Shown here: in pieces, positions 33,017 through 40,477 of the stretch
How the letters are laid out: every line of letters starts with the position of its first letter
Numbering within the stretch: position 1 is the stretch's first letter
Virus record (IMG/VR): IMGVR_UViG_3300036832_000511
Span: 1-40,535 of that record
DNA: 40,535 nt
DNA from: a virus
Direction: 5' to 3' (one strand)
Translations under genes and position numbers: made by a program
Notes under the pieces: model-generated
The model's database searches: none
Seen by the model: only the letters and a program-made list of their open reading frames with translations
Told to the model about the DNA's origin: nothing

Positions 33017-33078
33017 GGGGTGCGACATGGGGTGCGACACTGTCCTGAATTGACGCCAGTAACTGGCATCGCTAGAAG
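33017..33078 (+). promoter_or_regulatory. Promoter P1 of the rightward small-gene module, with an upstream tandem repeat.
   Basis: TTGACG (33050-33055), a 17-nt spacer, then TAGAAG (33073-33078). It is preceded by the tandem repeat GGGGTGCGACAT / GGGGTGCGACAC (33017-33040). Confidence 0.5.
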
Positions 33079-33133
33079 CTCAATCACCGCCGCGGAATGA
33101 ACCGCCGCGGAGAGCCTTAAAGGGACTAACCCG

Positions 33134-33337
33134 ATGACCATCGTGAACACGCTCGCCGACGTCGCCGCCTACGCGCTGAATCTGGCGCCGTTCGGCTTCG
33201 CCGCCGCAACCCTCGCCCGCATCGCCCGCGTCGAATGCGACGACACCGAAATGGCGTTCTTCGACGCCAGCGGCGAGCACCTGGCGAGCTTCTTCGACCG
33301 CGGCCACGCCTCCTACGCCTACGGCTACGGCGCCTAG
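33134..33337 (+). CDS. Hypothetical protein (67 aa).
   Basis: AGGGA Shine-Dalgarno-like box upstream of the ATG. GC3 is high. Confidence 0.55.
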   Translation: MTIVNTLADVAAYALNLAPFGFAAATLARIARVECDDTEMAFFDASGEHLASFFDRGHASYAYGYGA

Positions 33338-33341
33338 GCGA

Positions 33342-33400
33342 CTGACGCTCAGCGACGGGCCGGTGCGCCGGCCCGTCCACTGAGCGCCAGGCATCCCGCC
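33342..33400 (+). repeat. Intergenic hairpin element, copy A.
   Basis: CTGACGCTCAGCGACGGGCCGGtgcgCCGGCCCGTCCACTGAGCGCCAGGCATCCCGCC. The stem spans 33347-33385 and there is no U tract. Confidence 0.85.
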
Positions 33401-33424
33401 AGGCGCCGACTAGGGAACTACCCG

Positions 33425-33718
33425 ATGAAACTGATCACACTCGAAATCGCCGGCTGCGCGGCCATCGTCGTCACCTGGGACAACTTGCGCCTCCCCGATG
33501 CGGTGTTCACCAGCGCGCACGATGCCGCCGCATGGGCCGAAACTCAGGCGATGTACTTCGTCGGTGAGCCCAACCGCGGCGTCGCAATCTGCAACGGGCG
33601 CCTGATCCGTGCTCGCGACTGCTTCTCGAAGCGTCACTTCATGCTGGCGTTGCAGGACGCGCGCCGCGGCAAGCCTGTCGGCGAGCGGTTCGGCGCCGCC
33701 GATCTCGCCGCGGTCTGA
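33425..33718 (+). CDS. Hypothetical protein (97 aa).
   Basis: GGGAACTA box followed by CCCGATG. A complete ORF. Confidence 0.55.
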   Translation: MKLITLEIAGCAAIVVTWDNLRLPDAVFTSAHDAAAWAETQAMYFVGEPNRGVAICNGRLIRARDCFSKRHFMLALQDARRGKPVGERFGAADLAAV

Positions 33719-33775
33719 CGCTCAGCGACGGGCCGGTGCGCCGGCCCGTCTACTGAGCGCCAGGCATGGCGCCAA
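33715..33775 (+). repeat. Intergenic hairpin element, copy B.
   Basis: Near-identical to copy A, with one change in the bulge (TAC for CAC). Confidence 0.85.
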
Positions 33776-33799
33776 ACTGTCGCACATCGATGGCGCATG

Positions 33800-33834
33800 C
33801 TGTCGTTGACCTGGGACAGTCACTAGCCTAGAGA
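33800..33834 (+). promoter_or_regulatory. Promoter P2 with an operator-like box.
   Basis: TTGACC (33806-33811), a 17-nt spacer, then TAGAGA (33829-33834). The box CTGTCGTTGACCTGGGACAG is shared with P3. Confidence 0.5.
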
Positions 33835-33887
33835 CGACACCAACGGGTGACGGCAATTCAGCCGCGCCAGTAAAGGGAACTAACCCG

Positions 33888-34682
33888 ATGACTAGCTTCG
33901 ATCCGCGACGTTTGCTGTCGACGGACAGCGCCAAGGCCGTTAAGGCGCAAGGCCACGGATGGCTGAACGGCATTCACTACATGGCGCCTCACGCCAGCGG
34001 CGGCGCCGGCAATCTGTGCTCGCACGCTTCGACCGAGTGCATCGCGCTCTGTCTCGGCTGGTACTCGGGCCAGGCAAGCATGGTCCGCGATATCGAGCAC
34101 GACACCAACGGGGTTCGGGCCGCTCGCATCGCCAAGGCGCAAGCCTTCATGCACGACCGCAACGCCTACCTGAATCACCTGGCGCGGCGCATCGTCGCGC
34201 TAGAGCGCCAGGCGGCGCGGGACGACTTCCGGCCGTGCGTCAGGCTCAACGGGTCGACCGACGTCGCCTATGAGCGCATGAGCTTTGCGCTGGACGCGAA
34301 AACCGCCCGCATCACCGGCCGGCGCGAAGGCGAGCGCATCACGCTGCTGGCGCTCTTCGCCCATGTGCAATTCGTGGACTACACGAAGAACCCGAACCGG
34401 CTGGACAAGGCGCCGGCCAACCTGGCGCTCACGCTGAGCTTTGCCGGCGACAACGAAGCGGCGTGCGTCGCCGCGCTCAGCCGCGGTCACAACGTCGCCG
34501 TGATCTTTGCCGGCGCGTTTCCCGCCACGTGGAACGGGTTTCCCGTGATCGATGGCGATCAGCACGATTTGCGGCATCTCGATCCGCGCAACGTCGTCGT
34601 CGGGCTCTCCCCAAAGGGCGCCAAGGCGAAGGCGCACACCGGGCCGATGGTGGTCCGCGAGACGCTGGCGCTCGCCGCCTAG
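33888..34682 (+). CDS. Conserved phage protein resembling the 'gene product 88' (GP88) family; function unknown.
   Basis: Motifs are AKAVKAQGHGWLNGIHYMAPHASGG..NLCSHASTECIALCLG...VRLNGSTDVAYE...FVDYTKNPNR. The family recognition is from memory and needs HMM confirmation. Confidence 0.45.
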   Translation: MTSFDPRRLLSTDSAKAVKAQGHGWLNGIHYMAPHASGGAGNLCSHASTECIALCLGWYSGQASMVRDIEHDTNGVRAARIAKAQAFMHDRNAYLNHLARRIVALERQAARDDFRPCVRLNGSTDVAYERMSFALDAKTARITGRREGERITLLALFAHVQFVDYTKNPNRLDKAPANLALTLSFAGDNEAACVAALSRGHNVAVIFAGAFPATWNGFPVIDGDQHDLRHLDPRNVVVGLSPKGAKAKAHTGPMVVRETLALAA

Positions 34683-34687
34683 GCCGG

Positions 34688-34746
34688 CTGACGCTCAGCG
34701 ACGGGCCGGTGCGCCGGCCCGTCCACTGAGCGCCAGGCATCCCGCC
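34688..34746 (+). repeat. Intergenic hairpin element, copy C.
   Basis: Identical core to copy A. Confidence 0.85.
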
Positions 34747-34771
34747 TCGCGCCGACTGAGGGAACAACCCC

Positions 34772-34981
34772 ATGAGCAACCTCTACACGCCGAAAGCCCG
34801 CAAACACGCCGATCTTGGCGCCGGGCTCCACGCCAATCTCTCCGTGTTTGACGACGGCGCGACGCTGGAACTCTGGACAGAGGCGGCGGCGCCGTGGTCG
34901 CAAGTCGTCCCCGCGTTCCGGCTCTCCCTCACGACCGCGCATGTCGCCGCGCTGCGTAAGCTCCTGGCCCAAAAGGGCTGA
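34772..34981 (+). CDS. Hypothetical protein (69 aa).
   Basis: A complete ORF with a GAGGGAA box upstream. Confidence 0.5.
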   Translation: MSNLYTPKARKHADLGAGLHANLSVFDDGATLELWTEAAAPWSQVVPAFRLSLTTAHVAALRKLLAQKG

Positions 34982-34990
34982 CAACATGTC

Positions 34991-35042
34991 GCACTGTGTC
35001 CCGCTACCTGTCGTTGACATGGGACACTGTGCGGCCTATTTC
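34991..35042 (+). promoter_or_regulatory. Promoter P3, flanked by an 11/12 inverted repeat.
   Basis: TTGACA (35014-35019), a 17-nt spacer, then TATTTC (35037-35042). The inverted repeat GCACTGTGTCCC (34991-35002) / GGGACACTGTGC (35021-35032) brackets the -35. Confidence 0.5.
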
Positions 35043-35159
35043 TGGACAGGCAGGCCGTTGCGGACCTGGAGCCTCTCGGGGCGGCCAGACAATCCGGCGC
35101 AAGGGCGGCGAGTGCGGGGGGCGCCACGTCATCCCCCCGCTAACCCCTTCCTGGGGGAC

Positions 35160-35399
35160 ATGATCGTGACCACACACACCGACACCATCCGCGGCTATGA
35201 CGTCACCGCGGAAACCTGCACGGACCCGAACGACCCCGCCCGCGGCGAGTGGGTGGACGTCTTCGTGACGACCGCGGATGGCCGCTTCACCAACAGCCTG
35301 GCGTTGCTGGGCGACTTGGGCCGCTTCGACGACGGCCCGGCGATCTCCGGGTCCGCGGTCGACGCGATCACCCGCTGGGCGATCCGCCGCGGCTACTAG
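35160..35399 (+). CDS. Hypothetical protein (79 aa).
   Basis: Internal start MIVTTHTD of track ORF 34815..35399, with a GGGGGA box upstream. GC3 is high. Confidence 0.5.
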   Translation: MIVTTHTDTIRGYDVTAETCTDPNDPARGEWVDVFVTTADGRFTNSLALLGDLGRFDDGPAISGSAVDAITRWAIRRGY

Positions 35400-35402
35400 C
35401 CC

Positions 35403-35460
35403 GCTGACATTCAGCAGACGGACGGCATCGACCGTCCGTCATCTGAGCGCCAGTGCTCGC
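35403..35460 (+). repeat. Intergenic hairpin element, copy D (co-varying).
   Basis: CTGACATTCAGCAGACGGACGGcatcgaCCGTCCGTCATCTGAGCGCCAG. The outer flanks are conserved. The inner stem has a different sequence but still pairs. Confidence 0.75.
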
Positions 35461-35481
35461 AACAGGGAAAGGACCCCACAC

Positions 35482-35997
35482 ATGAACACCCGCCACGATC
35501 TCACCCCCGAGCAGTCCGCCGCGCTGGAGGCGTTCGCCGAGCAGCACGGCGCCTGCGAGCAGGGCGCCCGCAAGTGGCGCGAGAAGCTGGGCGACGGCTG
35601 GATGCGCGCCGCCTTCCCCGGCGCGCTGCAGCAGGTGCGCAACCAGTTCGGGCCGACCTGGCTGCACAACGACTACGCCTGGGGCTGGCGCGCCACCTGC
35701 CCGGCCTGGGAAGCGCCGGTGTGGATCAGGGACGACGCGGGCCGCTCGAAGGGCCTGGAGAACGCCGCCGACGCCATCAAGTGGAGCGGCAAGGGCTTCG
35801 CCCCGCCGCCGCTGGGCGCCTTCGTCCACTCCACGCACTGGAAGTGCGACGGCCAGGTGACCGGCTACTTCGTGCAGGCCGGCTGGTTGGGCCTGATCGT
35901 CAAGTTCCGCGTCCCGCCGGCCGACTACGTGGAGCGCGAGGGCGGCAACTTCCCCGTCCACGTGTTCGGCGCCGAGGTCACCTTCGCCGGCGGCTGA
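35482..35997 (+). CDS. Hypothetical Trp-rich protein (171 aa).
   Basis: Internal start MNTRHDLTPEQ of track ORF 35278..35997, with an AGGGAAAGGA box upstream. Confidence 0.5.
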   Translation: MNTRHDLTPEQSAALEAFAEQHGACEQGARKWREKLGDGWMRAAFPGALQQVRNQFGPTWLHNDYAWGWRATCPAWEAPVWIRDDAGRSKGLENAADAIKWSGKGFAPPPLGAFVHSTHWKCDGQVTGYFVQAGWLGLIVKFRVPPADYVEREGGNFPVHVFGAEVTFAGG

Positions 35998-36005
35998 CAT
36001 ACACC

Positions 36006-36040
36006 GACACCTGGCGGCCTTGACCGGGCCGCCAGGTGTC
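36006..36040 (+). repeat. Fifth intergenic hairpin (14-bp stem, unrelated sequence, no U tract).
   Basis: GACACCTGGCGGCC ttgacc(g) GGCCGCCAGGTGTC. Confidence 0.7.
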
Positions 36041-36070
36041 ACCTATTCAGGACACAGAAAGGAACCACAC

Positions 36071-36340
36071 ATGCCCACCATCAAGAGCCTCGGCGCCGAC
36101 GCCAGGCACCACGCACTGCTCGCCAGCCTGCCGCAGCGCGCCATCGACACGCTGGCGCGTATCGAGGACGACCGGCGCGCCGTCACCCGTGGCAAGCGCG
36201 CCACGGAGACGACGCTGCAAAGCTTCCCCTACATGTACGCCGCCGACCGCGTCATCGAAACGCACACCGGGTTCGCCCCCGAGCGCGGCGTCGACACGCT
36301 CGCCGTGCTCGCCGCCGCCTGGGAGGCGCAACCCGCATGA
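36071..36340 (+). CDS. Hypothetical protein (89 aa).
   Basis: Internal start MPTIKSLG of ORF 36020..36340, with an AAAGGAA box upstream. Confidence 0.5.
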   Translation: MPTIKSLGADARHHALLASLPQRAIDTLARIEDDRRAVTRGKRATETTLQSFPYMYAADRVIETHTGFAPERGVDTLAVLAAAWEAQPA

Positions 36341-36618
36341 GCACCGACTGGAACATCGGCAAGCCGCCGCCCAAGGTGCGCCCGCCCAACTACGCGGTCG
36401 TCGTCGTGGCGTTCGGCGAGCGCCTGTTCGGCCCGCAATGGGCGGCCGGCGTGGCGCGCCTCACCGGCGTCAACAAGCGCACGCTGAGCCGCATCTACGC
36501 GGCGGCGAAGGACGAGCGCGACTACCCCGCGGCGCGGGGCGTGCTCGCCGCGCTGGAAGCCAGCCTGGCGCCCATCCTCGCCGACCTCGGTCCGTGGGCG
36601 AAGCACGCCAGCGACTGA
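36337..36618 (+). CDS. Small putative HTH DNA-binding protein (93 aa), last gene of the rightward module.
   Basis: ATGA overlap with the previous gene. It contains the HTH-like segment AAGVARLTGVNKRTLSRIYAAA. Confidence 0.4.
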   Translation: MSTDWNIGKPPPKVRPPNYAVVVVAFGERLFGPQWAAGVARLTGVNKRTLSRIYAAAKDERDYPAARGVLAALEASLAPILADLGPWAKHASD

Positions 36619-36646
36619 CGCCCGCCCCCACAACCCAGCACGAAAG

Positions 36647-36688
36647 AACCCCCGGGCGCCGGCTAGCTCCCGGGGGTTCCGCTTTTCC
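36647..36688 (+). terminator. Rho-independent terminator of the rightward module.
   Basis: AACCCCCGGG, a 12-nt loop, then CCCGGGGGTT, followed by CCGCTTTTCC. Confidence 0.7.
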
Positions 36689-36794
36689 TGGGTCACCCGT
36701 CGCCACGTTCATCGGGGGGGCGATTGCCGGTGGCGAACATCGTAGGCGCTCAGGTCGAGCACCAGCGGGGATTGGCTGGTCCGCTGGTTCCCTT

Positions 36795-36831
36795 CGCCAG
36801 GCGCGCCTGTTCAGGGGAAACGCGCCTGGCG
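36795..36831 (-). terminator. Hairpin directly after the last gene of the leftward operon (terminator-like, no clear U tract).
   Basis: A perfect 11-bp stem CGCCAGGCGCG / CGCGCCTGGCG with a 15-nt loop, 8 nt from the TAA stop at 36839. Confidence 0.35.
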
Positions 36832-36838
36832 AAACCTC

Positions 36839-37213
36839 TTAGCGTCGACTGCCCGCCCGCTGCGCCGGCTCACCGTCGTCGTGGGCGGCCTTCTGGGCGG
36901 CCTTCTCTTCCTCGGCCACCTTACCCCCGCCGTCCTCGTCCTCGGCCGCTGGCGTCGCGCCTGGCGCCATGACGGCGCCTTCCGGCGGCGCCGGCTCCTC
37001 GGCCGCGATCGTCGTGCGCTTGCCGCCGGGGCTGGCGTCCGCCGCGTGCTCGACCGCCTTCAGCACGGCCTCGACGTCCGCGTGGATGCGGAACGACTGG
37101 CCGTCCGCCATCGCCACGCTGGTGACCGAGCCGACACGGCGCACGAAGCACACCTGCAGCGGGTTGATCGGGATCGACTCGCCGTCCCGGCGGCTGATCA
37201 TCAGGAACTGCAT
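36839..37213 (-). CDS. Hypothetical protein (124 aa) with an acidic Ala/Glu/Pro-rich tail.
   Basis: A complete ORF 3 nt after the helicase stop. The N-terminus MQFLMISRRDGESIPINPLQVCFV has a faint FlbD-like pattern, which is not relied upon. Confidence 0.45.
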   Translation of the reverse strand: MQFLMISRRDGESIPINPLQVCFVRRVGSVTSVAMADGQSFRIHADVEAVLKAVEHAADASPGGKRTTIAAEEPAPPEGAVMAPGATPAAEDEDGGGKVAEEEKAAQKAAHDDGEPAQRAGSRR

Positions 37214-37216
37214 GCC

Positions 37217-39124
37217 TCAATCCTCCTCGTCATCGACCCCGACGTCGCCGTGGGCCAGCATATCAGCAATCCGCAGCCTGATCCCTGCGGTCGCGCTGAG
37301 AAACCCCACCTTGCACTTCGCCTGCGCCTCCCAGAGCCCCGCCGGCGCCTGCCGCAGCGCGTAGGCCCACGGGCCGGGTGCGCCGGCCAGACCTGACCAA
37401 TTGGTCCCTTCGAACAGCTCGCGCACGCCAGCGTGGTTGGACGCCACGAAGAGCAGCGCGTGCTCGAAGTCCTGCGGATCGCCCTGGTGGAACACCACCT
37501 GCATGCCGACCTGGGGCAACCGCTCCCGGCAGTCCAGCAGGAACGCCGGGGTTTCCTTGAACTTCAGCAGCAACGCGCCAACCGACGTCTCCTTGCGCTG
37601 GCGGAAGACCTCGGCCTTTGGCTTGGCGTTCAGCATCTGGGTGAAGCAACGCCACCATGTGCTCTCGCGGGTGTTCAGCTCGTTGAGCTTCCGCGGATCG
37701 AGCCACCGCTTCCAGTCCTCCAGCTCGCCGAGTTCCGGCATGTCGTCGCGCAGCGCGGTGTGACAGCCCGCCATCAGCGGCGCGAACGTGTCGGCGCTGC
37801 GGTCGTTGTGGCCGGCGTCGACCAGCGCCTGGCGGCAGGTGTCTTCCAGCTCGTCCCACCTCGCCCACCAGTCCATGACTCGCTTGAGTAGCTCCCGGCC
37901 GCAGGCCTGCGCCCACTTCGGATTGATCTCGAGCCGCTCGCCGACCTTGTCGCGCTCGCGCAGCATGACCAGCGCCATCCGCGAATCGTCCTGCGCCTCG
38001 GTCGCCGGCTTGTTCACCGCTGACGCCATGAACGCCGAGCGCGCCAGGAAGTTCTGGCCGACGCCCTCCTTGCCGCCGCGGTGCATCTGGTCGCCCGAGT
38101 AGCCGATCCGCATCAGGGCCAGAATGTCGCTCTTGCGCCGCCGCTGCCCGTCGTCCGCCTCCAGTTCGTCGACCAGCACCGCGATCGAGTCCTGGCCCAG
38201 GAACTGGTAGATGCCGGCCGGCGTGGTGTCCGACGTCGCCATCAGCGCGCGATCCATGACGAGGCGCAGCAGCTCATGCAGCGTCGACTTGCCCGAGCCC
38301 TCGCCGCCATGCACGAAGAGCAGCGGCCGGCGCCGCACCGCGCCGCCGATCTTCGCCATCATCACCCAGCCCAGCGTCAGGCGCGCATCCAAGTCCGCGC
38401 GATCCCAGTTGAAGCTCTGCAGCATCTCCAGAAGCTGATCGCCGGGACTGCCGATGCCCTCGGGCTGGCGGCGCAGCGATGGGCGCCCGATCGCCGGCCG
38501 ATCCGGGTAGGCGCAGCCGTCGAGGACGAGCCCGCTGGGGTGCCACTCCGAGCCGATCAGGATGCAGTTGCCGGCGTGGTAGATCAGCTCGCCGGCCGCG
38601 CCGCGGTGCGCGCCCCGGCCCCGGATCTCCAGCTCGCCGCCCTCCAGCTTGGCGCAGGCCGCCATCAGCAGCTCGCGCAGCCAGTCGGCGTCGAAGCCGG
38701 TGACCTGGGAGGGCCTGACCACATGGCCGGCGCGGTCGCGCTTCGGCTCCGAGTTGCGCGGGCAGGCCCACTTCATCCAGTTCTCGCGGCCGGCGAAGAC
38801 GCCTTCCAGCACGCTCTTGCCGGCGCTGCCCGACTTGAACTCGCTGATCTGGCCGCTGGTGTCGATGAACCCGAACAGCACGCCGCGCTTGTAGATCGGC
38901 GTCACCGGACAGCCTGGCGGCAGGCCGCTCTTCGGGTCGGCGTAGTCCTGCCACTTGCCCGGCTCCAGCATCACGACGTCGCCCGCGTCCTTGCCCACCT
39001 GCCAGGTCAGCGGCGCGCCCGGCAGCGGATCGCGCCGGCCCGCCTGGCGCAGGAACTCGCTGCGCTCCTGCTCGAATGTCAGCGTCGTCAGCGCCGACCC
39101 GATCTCGTCGATGCGGTCAGCCAC
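37217..39124 (-). CDS. SF3-type (D5/P4-like) replicative helicase / NTPase.
   Basis: GTG start. Walker A is FVHGGEGSGKSTL, Walker B is IAVLVDELEAD, and a motif-C-like SAFMASAVN follows. It lies downstream of the primase. Confidence 0.65.
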   Translation of the reverse strand: MADRIDEIGSALTTLTFEQERSEFLRQAGRRDPLPGAPLTWQVGKDAGDVVMLEPGKWQDYADPKSGLPPGCPVTPIYKRGVLFGFIDTSGQISEFKSGSAGKSVLEGVFAGRENWMKWACPRNSEPKRDRAGHVVRPSQVTGFDADWLRELLMAACAKLEGGELEIRGRGAHRGAAGELIYHAGNCILIGSEWHPSGLVLDGCAYPDRPAIGRPSLRRQPEGIGSPGDQLLEMLQSFNWDRADLDARLTLGWVMMAKIGGAVRRRPLLFVHGGEGSGKSTLHELLRLVMDRALMATSDTTPAGIYQFLGQDSIAVLVDELEADDGQRRRKSDILALMRIGYSGDQMHRGGKEGVGQNFLARSAFMASAVNKPATEAQDDSRMALVMLRERDKVGERLEINPKWAQACGRELLKRVMDWWARWDELEDTCRQALVDAGHNDRSADTFAPLMAGCHTALRDDMPELGELEDWKRWLDPRKLNELNTRESTWWRCFTQMLNAKPKAEVFRQRKETSVGALLLKFKETPAFLLDCRERLPQVGMQVVFHQGDPQDFEHALLFVASNHAGVRELFEGTNWSGLAGAPGPWAYALRQAPAGLWEAQAKCKVGFLSATAGIRLRIADMLAHGDVGVDDEED

Positions 39125-39125
39125 G

Positions 39126-39392
39126 TCAGGTGTCCCCGCCGTGCTCGCGCCAGTGTTCGCGCACCATCTCGCGGCGCAGCCTTTCTTCGCGCAGCGCGCG
39201 GAGCTCTTGGCGGTAGAGACGAAACTCGCGCATGTCCTCGCGGTAGACCGCCAGCTCGTCGCAGATGCGGACGATGACCTCGCGCGCCTCCTCGATCGTC
39301 ACCGTATCGAGCCGCACCGGGTGCGGACTGGCGCTGGTGTAGACATGCGTCACCGGCGGGAAGCGCAGCTCGATCCCCTCGCGCAGAGCCAT
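39126..39392 (-). CDS. Hypothetical protein (88 aa).
   Basis: ATG 39392 shares one base with the primase TGA; an alternative GTG start is at 39395. The C-terminus is an Arg/Glu-rich helix. Confidence 0.5.
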   Translation of the reverse strand: MALREGIELRFPPVTHVYTSASPHPVRLDTVTIEEAREVIVRICDELAVYREDMREFRLYRQELRALREERLRREMVREHWREHGGDT

Positions 39393-40477
39393 CACGCCGC
39401 TCCCTTCAGCCAGTCGTTGAAGTCGTTGCCGACCTCGCTGCGGGCGACGTCGAGCTGCCGGCCGCGCGCCTGCCGGCGCCAGTGCGCCAGGGTCCGGTCG
39501 AACGCGGCGCGCGCCACCTCGCCCCAGTCGTTGTCCTGCAGCAGGATCACGTGGTCGGCGCAGTCAGGCCAGGCGAGCTTCGCCATGTGGTCGACCGAGC
39601 CGGCCGCCCAGGTGCGCCAGGCCGGCATCGCGGCGGCGACCGAGAGCGTCGTCTCGATGCCCTCGCCGATCGCCAGCGGGCCCGCCACGCCCTTGCGCGC
39701 CGCCTCCGGGGCCGAGAGGCCGCTGGGCCCGCGCGTCAGCCGGATCGCGCCGCCGATGGTCGGGCCTAGCATCTTCTTCGGCCGGTGGACGTCCGCCTTG
39801 CCCAGCCCGTCTGGCCGCAGCCAGGTGCGGTGGACGCCGCTCACCCCGACGTCGTCGCGCGTCATCGCCGCGACCATCGCCGGCCAGTAGGTGATCTCGC
39901 CCGTCTCGTCGTCCTTGTGCTGCAGCCGCTCGCAGTAGCGCAGGGCGGCGAGCCGGTACTTCGGCGCGCCGATGCGCTCCAGCGGGATCGAGCGCGCCTC
40001 GCGCAGGTAGACGTCGGCGAGCGTGCCGGTGATCGGCGCCAGCCCACGCCACCACGTGAAGAGCCGGTGCGAGTAGCTGCGCCGCTGCGCCTCTTCCCTC
40101 GATCGACGCTGCCGGCGCTCAGCCTCGGCGCGCTCGCGCTCGATGCGCTGCTCGGCCGCCGAGCGCACCGGCAGATCGGCCCACCCGAGCCAGTTCACCG
40201 ACCACTTCAGCGCGTCGATGAACTCGTTGAGCCGCAGCACGTAGCGGATGAGTTCGAAGACGTCGCCGCCGTCGCCGGTCTGGAAGTCGTGGAAGCCGCC
40301 GGCCTTGTCGCCCGCCACCCAGATCGCGAACGCGCCCTTGGCCCCGGGCGAGCGCGGGTTCTGGGTGTTCACCACGCTGCCGCGCACCCGCACCGCGAAG
40401 CCCAGCGCGTCCAGCAGATCGGTGACCCGGAGCTGCAGCTCGCGGCGCACCCGATCCTTGTCGGGGAGTTGGCTCAT
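39392..40477 (-). CDS. Toprim-domain DNA primase with a Cys-less zinc-ribbon-like N-terminal domain.
   Basis: The Toprim glutamate box is LAIGEGIETTLSVAA and the DxD box is ILLQDNDWGE. The N-terminus NPRSPGAKGAFAIWV..GGFHDFQTGDGGDVFELI resembles the primase zinc-binding domain but lacks the cysteines. Its start overlaps the stop of the 66..698 gene across the circular junction. Confidence 0.65.
   Translation of the reverse strand: MSQLPDKDRVRRELQLRVTDLLDALGFAVRVRGSVVNTQNPRSPGAKGAFAIWVAGDKAGGFHDFQTGDGGDVFELIRYVLRLNEFIDALKWSVNWLGWADLPVRSAAEQRIERERAEAERRQRRSREEAQRRSYSHRLFTWWRGLAPITGTLADVYLREARSIPLERIGAPKYRLAALRYCERLQHKDDETGEITYWPAMVAAMTRDDVGVSGVHRTWLRPDGLGKADVHRPKKMLGPTIGGAIRLTRGPSGLSAPEAARKGVAGPLAIGEGIETTLSVAAAMPAWRTWAAGSVDHMAKLAWPDCADHVILLQDNDWGEVARAAFDRTLAHWRRQARGRQLDVARSEVGNDFNDWLKGAA

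Noticed and set aside
33342-35460. Whether the repeated 59-nt hairpin elements are a CRISPR array or integron attC sites.
   Set aside because: Spacing is irregular (about 315-970 bp) and each interval contains one or more complete genes, so this is not a CRISPR array. No RYYYAAC/GTTRRRY core sites and no IntI-type integrase are present, so it is not a classical integron. The cassette-shuffling idea is kept only as a hypothesis.
36839-37213. FlbD-like resemblance of the 124-aa protein's N-terminus.
   Set aside because: It rests only on a loose hydrophobic pattern over about 50 residues and there is no contextual support. It is left as hypothetical.
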